Shown here: positions 51,934 through 62,044 of the stretch, in pieces | How positions within the stretch are numbered: the first letter of the stretch is position 1 | Layout of the letters: each line of letters begins with the position of its first letter | Source: Bacillota bacterium | GTDB lineage: Bacteria; Bacillota; Ch66; Ch109 | Assembly: GCA_050952625.1 (NCBI GenBank) | Contig: JBMNLH010000007.1 | Coordinates: 85,165-149,164 of the forward strand | Direction of reading: 5' to 3' | Length of the DNA: 64,000 nt | The notes under the pieces: model-generated | Databases searched by the model: none | Told to the model about the DNA's origin: nothing | The model's input: the letters and a program-made list of their open reading frames with translations, nothing else | Position numbers and translations under genes: made by a program

Positions 51934-53268
51934 GAGTGTGTAAAATAAATTGTGCTTCTGCTCTTTCCGAATATAAAATGAAACGGAAAGGCAGGAATAC
52001 ATATGGAGAAGAAGAAACTGGTCTCCCGAGCTGAGATCAAGCAATTCATCAAAGAGAACGACCTAAAAAGCGTTGAAGACATCCAGAATGTCCTTAATGA
52101 CCTCTTTGCCGAGACCCTACAAGAGATGCTGGAGGCCGAATTGGATACCACCCTAGGCTATGAAAAGAACGATGTTCAAAACAAAAGGACAAGCAACCGG
52201 CGTAATGGGCATAGTACTAAAACTGTACGCAGCGAATTCGGAGAAATCGACATACAGATCCCCTGGGACCGCGAAGGCGAACATGATCCTCTAATCGTCA
52301 AAAAGCATCAGAAGAATGTGACCGGTATCGAAGACCAAGTATTGGCTCTCTACGCCAAAGGGGTTAGCACTCGTGATATCCAGGATCATTTGGAGCGCCT
52401 GTACGGAATTGAGGTTTCGCCTACTCTAATATCTAATATCACCAACAAAATCATGCCTATGGTCAAGGAGTGGCAGAACCGGCCGCTGCAGAAGATCTAT
52501 GCAGCCGTCTTCCTGGATGCAATCCATTTTAAAGTCAAGCAGGACGGCCAGATTGTAAACAAGGCAGCCTATATGGTAATAGGCATCGACTTGGATGGCA
52601 ATAAAGACGTATTGGGCATCTGGATCGGGGAAAACGAATCTGCCAAGTTCTGGCTCTTAAACGAACTTAGAAACCGTGGAGTTCAGGATATTCTAATCGT
52701 TTGCGTGGATAATCTCACTGGGTTTAGTGAAGCCATATCGGCCTGCTACCCGGATGCTGAGATCCAGAAGTATATCGTGCACCAGGTGAGAAATTCCATA
52801 CGCTATGTCTCATACAAAGATGTTAAGAAGATAACTGCCGCCTTAAAGACCATTTACACGGCATCTTCTGAGCCCGCTGCTTGCGAAGAGCTAAACCAAT
52901 TTGAAGCTACTTGGGGAGACAAATATCCACTGATAGTCCGGTCCTGGCGCAACAACTGGGCGGAGATCTCGACGTTTTTCAAGTATCCACCTGAGATTAG
53001 AAAAATCATCTATACTACCAATATGATCGAAAGTTATCACCGGCAGCTCCGCAAAGTAACCAAGGGTAAGAGTATTTTCCCAACGGATGAAGCGCTCTTA
53101 AAGATGCTATATATGGCCACCCAAGATGTCTTGAAGAGATGGACCGGCCGGGTCCAAAACTGGGGGCAAATTCTGCTACAGCTGTCTATTTACTTCCCCG
53201 ACAAAGTTAAAGCGCACCTACGATGAACAGACGGAAGAAAGGCAAAGCACAAAATTATTGACAGACCC
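51934..53268 (+). mobile_element. IS256-family insertion sequence (transposase 52003-53226)
   Basis: RRNGH, LYAKGVSTRDI, FLDAI, YTTNMIES; IRs GAGTGTGTAAAATAAATTGTGCTT / GGGTCTGTCAATAATTTTGTGCTT; 8-bp TSD CACGGTTT. Confidence 0.95.
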
Positions 53269-53283
53269 CACGGTTTCCTACCT

Positions 53284-53454
53284 CACCTTGACCAGCAATG
53301 AGTGCCAGCTATTGATCTAGCTCCCTAGATAGGTATTACAAATTTTGTTTAGCTCTACTGGCAAGCTCGGATAAAAAGAAAGGCGTTTTGGTGCAACATT
53401 GACAAGTTGCACTAAAACGCCTTTCCAAAGTCTCATATATTTAGGTAATTACTA
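53284..53454 (-). repeat. Conserved cassette end with terminator (copy 1)
   Basis: Matches 44443-44608. Confidence 0.9.
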
Positions 53455-54126
53455 TTATTTTCCATCTATATACATCTTCCACTCGCCATTATGATGAAGA
53501 AACTTTATTTGATCTTCAGTGAGCCCATTCCTGTACTTCATATCTACTTTCGCCACCCAAATCGTTCCTATTTTTGATATTTTATTTTCTATTTGTTTCT
53601 GTGTCTCTAAGATTTTTTCGCATTTCTCTTCTTTAAGTTCTTCACGAGGAATGTCCTCCGGGTTGTTCATTGCCTCAATGACCTCGGCGGGAACGTCTTC
53701 AATGGGGATTTCTTTAAAAGATATACTTTCATCTTGGATAATTGGTCTTTCCCTCAATTGGTCGACGGGTATCTCTTTGACAGAAATAACCTTAGCAGAA
53801 ATAGTAAATGGTCCATCAGCAATGAACAATTTATAAAGGTCCCTCTGGTCTTCTACAGTGCCTCTAACATCCAAAATATATTTCATCATGCTATCAATAT
53901 CTCCGCGCTGTTCAGCTTCAACGTAATTATTGAGAATAGACTCAGCCTCTGCTAAGGTTAAAATTGGGGGTTCTTCACTAATGTAATCAGCGTTGTACAC
54001 TTCAACGGTTCGAGTTGACGATTTCTCACTAGAATTTTTGGCAATAGCATTAAAGGAAAATCCCAATATAAGGATAAGACTAACAGCCAGTGTAACCATA
54101 AATGTCCACTTGCGATTTGTTTTCAT
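53455..54126 (-). CDS. Partner protein C (copy 1)
   Basis: Start MKTNRKW at 54126 after GAGG; paralog of 44609-45352. Confidence 0.8.
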   Translation of the reverse strand: MKTNRKWTFMVTLAVSLILILGFSFNAIAKNSSEKSSTRTVEVYNADYISEEPPILTLAEAESILNNYVEAEQRGDIDSMMKYILDVRGTVEDQRDLYKLFIADGPFTISAKVISVKEIPVDQLRERPIIQDESISFKEIPIEDVPAEVIEAMNNPEDIPREELKEEKCEKILETQKQIENKISKIGTIWVAKVDMKYRNGLTEDQIKFLHHNGEWKMYIDGK

Positions 54127-54145
54127 AAGTAAATACCTCACTTTT

Positions 54146-54614
54146 CTAATTTTGATATATTTCTCCATAACCAGAATAAGCTTGGTCCCCTTTCTTGATC
54201 GTAATATGAAGTGTAGCTTGATCCCCTTTCTTGATCGTAATATGAAGTGTAGCTTGATTATCTTGTACTGGTGCTCCACTCATTTGCGCATAAACAGCAG
54301 GACCGGAATAATTATATACGCTGGATGAGTAACTGCTCATCTTGGGAGTCCCAGTGGGTGTGTGCGTAAAAACGGTATATTCTATGGTATAGGGAGTATA
54401 ATCAGATGAAGTTGACCATTGTCGCAAATTAATATATAAAGGATTTGAATTTGGAACATTAAAAGGCGATGAGTAAACCCAATTTTTAATATTTGAGAAA
54501 GTATAACTTTTAATTTGTGCCGCTTGTGCCTCTTTTATATCTGCATTGACAATCGTAGGGAATAAGCATAGTAACTAACAAGAAACTAATAATCATGTAG
54601 CGTTTAACCTTCAT
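54146..54614 (-). pseudogene. Secreted variable protein B (copy 1), +1 frameshift in signal peptide and a 36-bp in-frame duplication
   Basis: Same N-terminus as the gene starting at 45798; ATTCCCTACG versus ATTCCTACG; QATLHITIKKGD twice. Confidence 0.85.
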
Positions 54615-55104
54615 AATCCCGCCTCCTTATTACTTTATTATCTCCTTACTTAATTATCAAGGTCGCTGTTCAAAATGAGTTACACCAATAAAAAGCAATT
54701 AGTTAAAATCAACAAACTTAAAGCATAGGGATCACCTCATTTAATAAACTCTCGACATCTCCACAATGCTCCTATTTTCAGTATTTCACTTTGTTTATCT
54801 TGAACCTACTTTCAGGATGTCCTTAAATTCCTGGTAGCTTTTGTGTTTTCCGGCAGAGCAAAACAAACCACATGGGATTCTTTTTTCTCGGCCATTGGGA
54901 TTCCACATCAGCTCCAGGCGGCTAACCTCCTAGGTCTCCCAGCATCAGCGTGGTCTAATTCCTTCGTCCGGCCTATCCTAGAGATGGAACGTCAGTCATG
55001 CTCCCTACGCTGTGTCAGTGCCCTCAAGGTGAAATTCAATCCTGCTGCACGGTCTTCGATTGTCAAAGTTTTTCCTAGTCAGACAAATTGACGATCATTG
55101 TAAT

Positions 55105-55536
55105 TCAATATATTACCGTAGAAGAATATAATGATTGGCTTTCCAATAGGTTGCCGGAAGCGTTATAAACTTTAGCCGTTGCACATACCCGATAAGTACC
55201 GTTAACAACGTAATAACTCTCTTCTACCGTGGCGATGGAAACCCCGGTCGATGATGCGGACCACGTCTTGATTGTGTTCCAGCTACTCCCGGCGGATTTT
55301 TGCAGTTCGACAGTAAGCCTTGTTGTGTGCGAACTGTCGTAAGCTGAGGCAAGCCCCATACAGGTGGCTTTTCCCAACGAGTTGATTGATAGGCCTGGAC
55401 TTAACAACGATATGTAAGTCCATTGAGGAGTGATCACTCCTTGTGTCCTGTTTGTTGTCTCGCCAGCTGCGCAAGCCGGAACGACGCAGACAACAGTCAT
55501 AAGGACAAGGATTCCCAGGCAGATGAACTTTTTCAT
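55105..55536 (-). CDS. Secreted protein A, copy 1 (possibly DUF6147-like)
   Basis: Intact paralog with signal peptide and two conserved Cys in the mature part. Confidence 0.82.
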   Translation of the reverse strand: MKKFICLGILVLMTVVCVVPACAAGETTNRTQGVITPQWTYISLLSPGLSINSLGKATCMGLASAYDSSHTTRLTVELQKSAGSSWNTIKTWSASSTGVSIATVEESYYVVNGTYRVCATAKVYNASGNLLESQSLYSSTVIY

Positions 55537-55639
55537 AAAATAAAACCTCCTATAAAATATCTTTCAATAACAAAAGACAACCAAAGGAGGTTTTTGCAAC
55601 AGATTTTTTAACTTTTTAAGAGAATATTTTCTTTTCTTC

Positions 55640-56404
55640 TTAATCTATAAATTTCACTCCTTCAGCCATCTTTACCGCCGTCTCTTTATCCGTCTGGGCC
55701 CGAATCATAAACATGCGATCATTCATTGACCAGATGATCGTAACTAGAGAGTTTTTCACGACAACTGTTCCTTCATGTCCATTGATGCTGACTGCTTCAA
55801 AGGTGGAAGCATTTTCTGTATCCAGCGCGGGCTTGTTGCCTTCGCTTAATTCTGTATAGGTGATAAACGATCCCTGGGAATTTTTAAATTCGATTCTTTT
55901 TAACAATTCGCTGTTGGTGCTATTGCTGACTTCAAATCCGTCCGGTATATAGGTCGGGACATAAGCATTGTGCCAATCTATAGCCACACTGCCCCCCTCC
56001 GAACCGTTGTCATTGTTCTTTAATTCAAAGGACGTATATTCCTGTTGGATATCCATTAAATAATTCAGCACCCTTACTCTAACTGCTTGGACGGTCACCA
56101 CGGTGGTGCATAAGATAACAAGTACGATCAGCATAACAACCGCTACTTTGTTTAATGCCTTCAAAATGCGCTGCCTTTTGGCGTAAGCCTTCGGCTTTTT
56201 CAGATGAGCATCCAGTTGTTGGCTGAATTTTTGGACTGCTTCCTTGGAAGGCAGAAATGCCGGATCATCTTTGAGCTTTTCTTTTTCTTCCAGAAAAAGC
56301 TGGCCTTCTTTTTCCGCTACATCGTGCATGACCAATTTAAACAGACTGTCTTCATATTCCTCATACAGCTTTTTTCGAATTTGTTCCGGACTATTATTTG
56401 GCAT
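55640..56404 (-). CDS. Membrane-anchored anti-sigma factor with DUF4367-type extracellular domain
   Basis: Single TM; YVPTYIPDGF, LDTENA, VSINGHEG, IIWSMND; follows the ECF sigma gene. Confidence 0.85.
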   Translation of the reverse strand: MPNNSPEQIRKKLYEEYEDSLFKLVMHDVAEKEGQLFLEEKEKLKDDPAFLPSKEAVQKFSQQLDAHLKKPKAYAKRQRILKALNKVAVVMLIVLVILCTTVVTVQAVRVRVLNYLMDIQQEYTSFELKNNDNGSEGGSVAIDWHNAYVPTYIPDGFEVSNSTNSELLKRIEFKNSQGSFITYTELSEGNKPALDTENASTFEAVSINGHEGTVVVKNSLVTIIWSMNDRMFMIRAQTDKETAVKMAEGVKFID

Positions 56405-56966
56405 GCTTATTCATCTCCTTATCCATGAGCTCTTTGGCTTTCCTTCGGGCTCGTGTCAAATATTGCCGAACGCTGTCAGGAGATATTTCGAAAATTTCTG
56501 CTATATCCCGATCCTTCATTTCCAATATGTACTTAAAATACAACAGGTCTTTCTGCTTCTCCGGAAGCCTCAATATGGCGTTCCCCAGCTCTTCTATTTC
56601 TTCCTGACGGACGATCCGGTCTTCCATGGTGTCTTCAAGGTTGGAAACCCTTTCTGCCAGATCCCGGTCTTTTCCATAATACGCATATTTCTTCCGCACA
56701 TCTCGGTGTTTTATAAAGTTGATGGCCACACTCTTAGAAGTATAGACAATATAGGCGGTCCTTTTGCAACTGTCCAGAGTTCGAATTAAAGAAACTTTTT
56801 CAATTAGTTTTATGAAAGTATCATTGATCAAATCCTCTACATGGTCCGCATCATGGGTAATATTGTAAACGGTCTTTCGCACCAGACCATAATAATCATG
56901 ATATAGATTCAGCATAAAGGCCTTATCATAATCGCCTTCCATTGCGGCGATTAACATTATGATCAC
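56394..56966 (-). CDS. ECF RNA polymerase sigma factor (copy 1)
   Basis: Near-identical to 49472-50044. Confidence 0.92.
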   Translation of the reverse strand: MIIMLIAAMEGDYDKAFMLNLYHDYYGLVRKTVYNITHDADHVEDLINDTFIKLIEKVSLIRTLDSCKRTAYIVYTSKSVAINFIKHRDVRKKYAYYGKDRDLAERVSNLEDTMEDRIVRQEEIEELGNAILRLPEKQKDLLYFKYILEMKDRDIAEIFEISPDSVRQYLTRARRKAKELMDKEMNKHAK

Positions 56967-57040
56967 TTAAATCACATCCTTATATAAGGATTATATAAGG
57001 ATTACAAACAACAATTGGTAACAGAAAATGAAGGAATCGA

Positions 57041-57221
57041 GATAAGGAGAAAGGCGTTTTAGTGTGACAAGTAGCACTAAAACGCCTTTCCAGAGTCTTG
57101 GATATTTATATTAATTACTATTAATGTCCGGTTACATATATCTTCCATTCTCCGTTATGATGAAGGAACTTCAATTGATCTTCAGTGCGGTTCCTGAGCC
57201 CTATATCTACTTCTGCCACCC
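57041..57221 (-). pseudogene. 3' fragment of protein C gene plus terminator (copy 0)
   Basis: WVAEVDIGLRNRTEDQLKFLHHNGEWKIYVTGH* followed by the GAAAGGCGTTTTAG hairpin. Confidence 0.85.
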
Positions 57222-57336
57222 ACTTTAATCTGGTGGTTGCAAAACAGGTCGAATTACAGTTTCAGGGTCTCGGCCAGAGTGGTCCTACTCGTGCTAATTT
57301 TGGAGCTAATTATGATTGTTCGTAATAATTTAGACC

Positions 57337-59091
57337 TTACCGATCCCAGTAGATACTTGCCCAGCCCGGGTAGTAGTTACCATAGTAACCAGGGCTACCT
57401 GTCAAGCCGCGGAGCAACTCGACTGTCTTGCCGCCTTTGGATGACGTTAGATACAACGAGCCGCCGTTCGCCCGGTCTAACCGCAGGAAAACCAGATGTT
57501 TCCCGTCCGGAGAAAAGCAGGGCGCATAGTCAGCAGCATCCGCTGAAGCGGCAATAAGTGGCTGTTGGTTTTGACTGTCACCCACCCAGATACCCTGCCC
57601 CGGGATCAACGGCTTATTGTTCTGGATTTGGTTCTCTGCTTGATCCCACCAATCGCCTTCCAGACCGCGACAGAAAGCTACCTGATAAGGAGGAGTCGCG
57701 GTCCAGGCCGGCTGAGTATCCACCTGGCCAATGCTGCCGCAGTCTTTGATCCGGCCGTCATCTGCGTTCACGATAAAAAGTCGCTTAGTGGTGTCGACAA
57801 ATCGGTTGCCGCCATAGATAAAGGCTAACTGCCGGCTGTCCGGGGACCAGGCAAGTCACTCAGGATACTTTAAACCGGTCCCCAGATCGAGAGTACGGCC
57901 AGGCTGATGCAGATCCAGGAGTTGGATCGCGACTTCATCGGCGGAGAGAGAACCCGAATTAGGCCGCAAATAATAAGCCAGGTAGCGTCCATCCGGCGAC
58001 CATTTCAATCCCTGCGCCCCCCAGGGAAAAATAATCTCATCATAATTCTCGATTTTCTGGCCAAGCTGCAGCAGATTGCTGCTCTCCCCGGACCGGGTTA
58101 TCCGGTCAATCCGCATCGGTTGCTCCCGGCTGGCTGGGAACGAGACGGCCAGACTTCGGCCATCGGGAGACCAAGCGAAATCAAAGGTCCCTTGACCTTC
58201 TGGGATTAAAACGGATGGTTGGGCCGTTTCCTCTTTAATACCGGCTAACTTCAAGTTGTATCCATTAAAAAACTGCTTATCAGTACTCTTCGTCAAATAA
58301 GCGATGGTGTTATCTGCTGAAGACCAGGCCAGGCCCTGACCGGTCACAACCGGACTTTGGTCAACCTGATAGGCATCGGATCCGTCTGCTTTAACTACCC
58401 AGAGATAATTAGACTGTGAATGAAAGGCTCCGGCTTCTCGATCTGCGTTCTGCAAATAGGCCAACCAATTGCCATCTGCCGACCAACCAATTAGGCTGAC
58501 CGTTCCTTCACGGGTAATCTGCACCGGCGGCCTCCCCTGTTCACTGCCGTCCATCAGCCAAAGGTGACCCTTATTAGTAAAGGCAATCCGCGCTGGTAGA
58601 ACCGGAGCATAAACCCTCCGTACGTCCGCAGCTTGCTTGGAGACGACTTCGACCGTGCGCGTTTTTTCATACCAAACCACTTTAGCCCCCAGTGCTTCGG
58701 CCATAAAGCGCAACGGAACCATCAGCTGATTATTCATAAGGCGTGCCGGCACTTCAAGTTCCACCGGGACCTCATTGACTATGGCCTTCTGGCTGTTGGC
58801 AAACAGCTTAATAACAATGCCTTCCCCGAAGATGGTAGCCATTTGCCGGTCGGTATCCCAGTTCACCTGCGCCCCCAGGTATCTAGCTAGATACGCTCCA
58901 GCCAGAATCCGACCCTGCACAATAAACGGCGATGGATAAAGATGCGTATCACCATCGATAACAACGTTTACCTGCCGCTGCTCCTGTGCTTGCACTGGTT
59001 TTGCCCCCCAGTTCATCAAGGCCATCGTTATGAACCCGCCCAGAATAACCGAAACCAGGATAAAAGCGCTCATTGATAGACGTTGCTTCAT
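57337..59091 (-). pseudogene. Copper-amine-oxidase-N-terminal-like + TolB/WD40-like beta-propeller protein, split
   Basis: MVPLRFMAEALGAKVVW and repeated WSPDG; TGA at 57856 where Trp is expected, plus a frameshift about 40 bp further on. Confidence 0.8.
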
Positions 59092-59318
59092 TTCAAATCT
59101 CCTTTCCGTTAAGCCACTTGGCTAATAACCAACCAGATTTATAATAATTCTGGATTTTGTTACTTACTAAATTGAAGCGTAAATTTGCCAGGAAAAGCAC
59201 CGCACTTTAAAAATTATCGCTGACTTTTTCATATGGAATTAAATCGATTTCATTTAATTTGCTGGTATCAAATCTGAAGTGGCCACTTATTTCTTGTCTT
59301 TATAGAGCCATCCTAAGC

Positions 59319-59905
59319 CTAAGCATCGGGAAATTGCTCATTTCGATACTTCCTAATTGCCTCTAAAAACTGCTCCCCGTATTTCTTAAACTTAATTTCG
59401 CCTACTCCGGGGATGGCTAGCATGGACCGGGCATCCTTTGGCTGGGAGTGGCACATTTCCCGCAAGGTGCTGTCGTGAAAAATAATATAAGGCGGCACCT
59501 TTTCCCGCTCCGCGATTTGTTTCCGCAAGACCCGAAGTACCCCAAAAAGCGAGGCATCCGCGTCGATGGCCTGTTTCCAGCGGGGCACCCGCTGTGTCAC
59601 TCGTTCTTCATTCCGCAGGACGGGAATTACCTTTTTCCGCAGTTGCACGATCGGAAATTTACTCTCCGTTAACTTCAGATACTCCTCGGCAATTAACAAA
59701 TTGATCAGGTTGATGATTTCCCGCAACGAAATTTCATCAAAAAGAAACTGTTCCTGATTGCGCGTCCTTTCCGTATCACTCAAACCCGCATGGTATTTCC
59801 CGACTCGGTATCCTTTACTGTGCAAATAATCATAAAGACTCTCCACCTCTTTGCGGGTAGCTGCATAGATAATCCCGGTTTTATCCCGATGGTCATCGAT
59901 ATATA
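59319..59905 (-). pseudogene. recQ: RecQ helicase remnant, 5'-truncated with an internal deletion
   Basis: TGIIYAATRKEVE...YHAGL..joined directly to the RQC tail and HRDC (VPPYIIFHDSTLREM). Confidence 0.85.
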
Positions 59906-60043
59906 AAGTCTGGTTTAGTGACCCCCTTAACCACGGAAAAAAATAAATTGGCCCGATCAAATCCGGCAACATAGACGTTCGGGTTCTGTAAGGTTAATAG
60001 ATTGATAATATCCTGCTTAACCTTAAGAACGCAGTTTTAATTT

Positions 60044-61876
60044 TCATAGGGATTCCCCCATAATATTAATTTCGTGACATAATAATAAAGTATAGTACAG
60101 CTCTTCTATCCATAGTGATCCGGCGTCAGGCATGCGCCTTAAGCCTGGTTTAGGATCAAAGGTATAGTAGTTTTTCAGATATTTTTTTATCTCTTTTGCT
60201 TTTTCTAATTCTAATCCCCCGTTGTGTTTTTTAAATTGCACCGCAATATAAGTTTCTGGTATAGAAGGCCTGCCACTTACACCACCTTGTAAATATTTAT
60301 ATCCACCATTTACGCTTAATTTATTTATTTCACTTTCAATAGATTCTTTTACACAACCTAATTCTTCTGTTTCTAACATATTAACAGTTTCTATAAATAC
60401 CCACATATACATTATATTATATATTTTTTTATCCTGATCAATTTCTTTTAAGAAACTAATTATGCGATTTTGATGCTCTACTGGACAACTCTCATTGATA
60501 AGATCAAACATTTTCAGACATAAATTATATGTACTAATAAGTTCATATTTTTTTTCGTCATCCACATCGGATAAATCGTTATAGACATTATTTGAATTTA
60601 TTTTATCTAAAAATTCTATCACCAAACGATTAAGAAGACCTTTTTGAATGTTTATATTGTATTCCTTTAAGCTTGACATGAGATAATATAGTTCTCTTAG
60701 TTTTTTATAATCATTAATACAACTATTTTCTAAAAAAGTTTGCTCATATTTTTGTTTTAAATAATTTTTCATTCTGTTTTGGTCATAATTATAGCCAAAA
60801 ATGTTCGCGAGACAAATACCATAATAATTGTCTTCGAGGTTTTCAGAAACGGTTCCGAATTTATTAAATTCACTGTTAATGGCATCATCAATATAATAAA
60901 TAACATCTTTTGTATACTCAAAATCATAATTATAATAATTATACATTTCAATCGTATATGTAAGCAACTGGGGTTCAATTATCAAAATTTTTTCTTTTAC
61001 TTCTTTTAAGTTTTCAGGTTTTAAATGTAACTGGTTACCAAAAAATTGGTTAGTCTCGGATAAAATTTTGTAAAAAATAATACCATGGTTTTGATCATCA
61101 CTAAAATATTCATTCATCTGTTTTAGCCATAAAACCCTTTTTGTCGAGTCGGTATCTAGCTTGTCTACAGAAAGATCAAATCGATTTAATATTTGGCATA
61201 TAATTCCTGCCCGAAGCATTGAATTTTCTAACCCATTGCTTATATCAAAAAATGAATCATCATTGTATAAAGATAATACTTTATACAATATTTCCTCTTT
61301 ATAATCTAATGGAATATCTAAGTTTCGATATAAATCAATAATATTCCGAGTAGCCCCTAATTTTGTTTCTATTGTATCTTCAGTATCATGAAAAAAAAAT
61401 AAGCTCTCCTGGTCATAATAACTTAATAGTCTATCCCTAAAATAATTTATTTTGGATTCATCGATTGGAATATGCAAAATCCCGCAAATACCTATTTGAT
61501 ATTCTATTCTAGTTAATTCGTGGAATGTTTCGTCACAAAAAATGAATTCTTCATATCTATCGGATTCCACTGAACTTAGGTCATAATTCAAATTAACAGC
61601 CATTTTTAGAGTCCAATACATATTGTATAAATTTGGATAACTGCTCGTAAATCCAATGTCTGAAAACTGGGGCGGTTCTTGATTGAAATAATACGTTTTA
61701 GCTATTTGTTTATACAGGATATCTTTGTCCAAAATATCTGAATCTATTATTATATTAGTTTTACTCACTGGCATGATACTGAGATTATCTTTATATTTTA
61801 TATAACAGGTCATTATGCTTATTGAGCTTAATACAATAAGCATAACCAAAAAAAATTGAATTCTTTGTTTTTTCAA
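60044..61876 (-). CDS. Membrane-anchored helical-repeat protein, weakly prenyltransferase-like (low GC)
   Basis: N-terminal TM; recurring NLYNMYW / EDNYYG / GGY...PETY / EELYY motifs. Fold is inference only. Confidence 0.55.
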   Translation of the reverse strand: MKKQRIQFFLVMLIVLSSISIMTCYIKYKDNLSIMPVSKTNIIIDSDILDKDILYKQIAKTYYFNQEPPQFSDIGFTSSYPNLYNMYWTLKMAVNLNYDLSSVESDRYEEFIFCDETFHELTRIEYQIGICGILHIPIDESKINYFRDRLLSYYDQESLFFFHDTEDTIETKLGATRNIIDLYRNLDIPLDYKEEILYKVLSLYNDDSFFDISNGLENSMLRAGIICQILNRFDLSVDKLDTDSTKRVLWLKQMNEYFSDDQNHGIIFYKILSETNQFFGNQLHLKPENLKEVKEKILIIEPQLLTYTIEMYNYYNYDFEYTKDVIYYIDDAINSEFNKFGTVSENLEDNYYGICLANIFGYNYDQNRMKNYLKQKYEQTFLENSCINDYKKLRELYYLMSSLKEYNINIQKGLLNRLVIEFLDKINSNNVYNDLSDVDDEKKYELISTYNLCLKMFDLINESCPVEHQNRIISFLKEIDQDKKIYNIMYMWVFIETVNMLETEELGCVKESIESEINKLSVNGGYKYLQGGVSGRPSIPETYIAVQFKKHNGGLELEKAKEIKKYLKNYYTFDPKPGLRRMPDAGSLWIEELYYTLLLCHEINIMGESL

Positions 61877-61944
61877 AAACAGTCTCTTCTTTCATTATTT
61901 GCTCTATAAACTAAGGCAATCCGTGTTGCAATTCGTTTAAAACT

Positions 61945-61992
61945 AATTCTGCCATCAATTTTTTGTAGATTAGCGAAATTGATGGCAGAATT
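61945..61992. terminator. Long inverted repeat between the 62045 and 60044 genes
   Basis: AATTCTGCCATCAATTT...AAATTGATGGCAGAATT. Confidence 0.65.
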
Positions 61993-62044
61993 CATTCGTT
62001 CACTATATCAACTTATCTTCTTTTATATATATTTCCATTATTTA

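Noticed and set aside
54127-54279. N-terminal extension of the 274-aa ORF
   Set aside because: Alternative frame of the B pseudogene; paralog alignment and RBS place the start at 54126
57121-57221. Short copy of gene C 3' end as a DGR template repeat
   Set aside because: No reverse transcriptase in the window, and differences between copies are not adenine-specific; it includes the terminator, so a cassette remnant fits better
57856-57858. In-frame TGA as selenocysteine or read-through
   Set aside because: Trp is expected in this repeat context and a frameshift follows shortly after, so this is pseudogene decay
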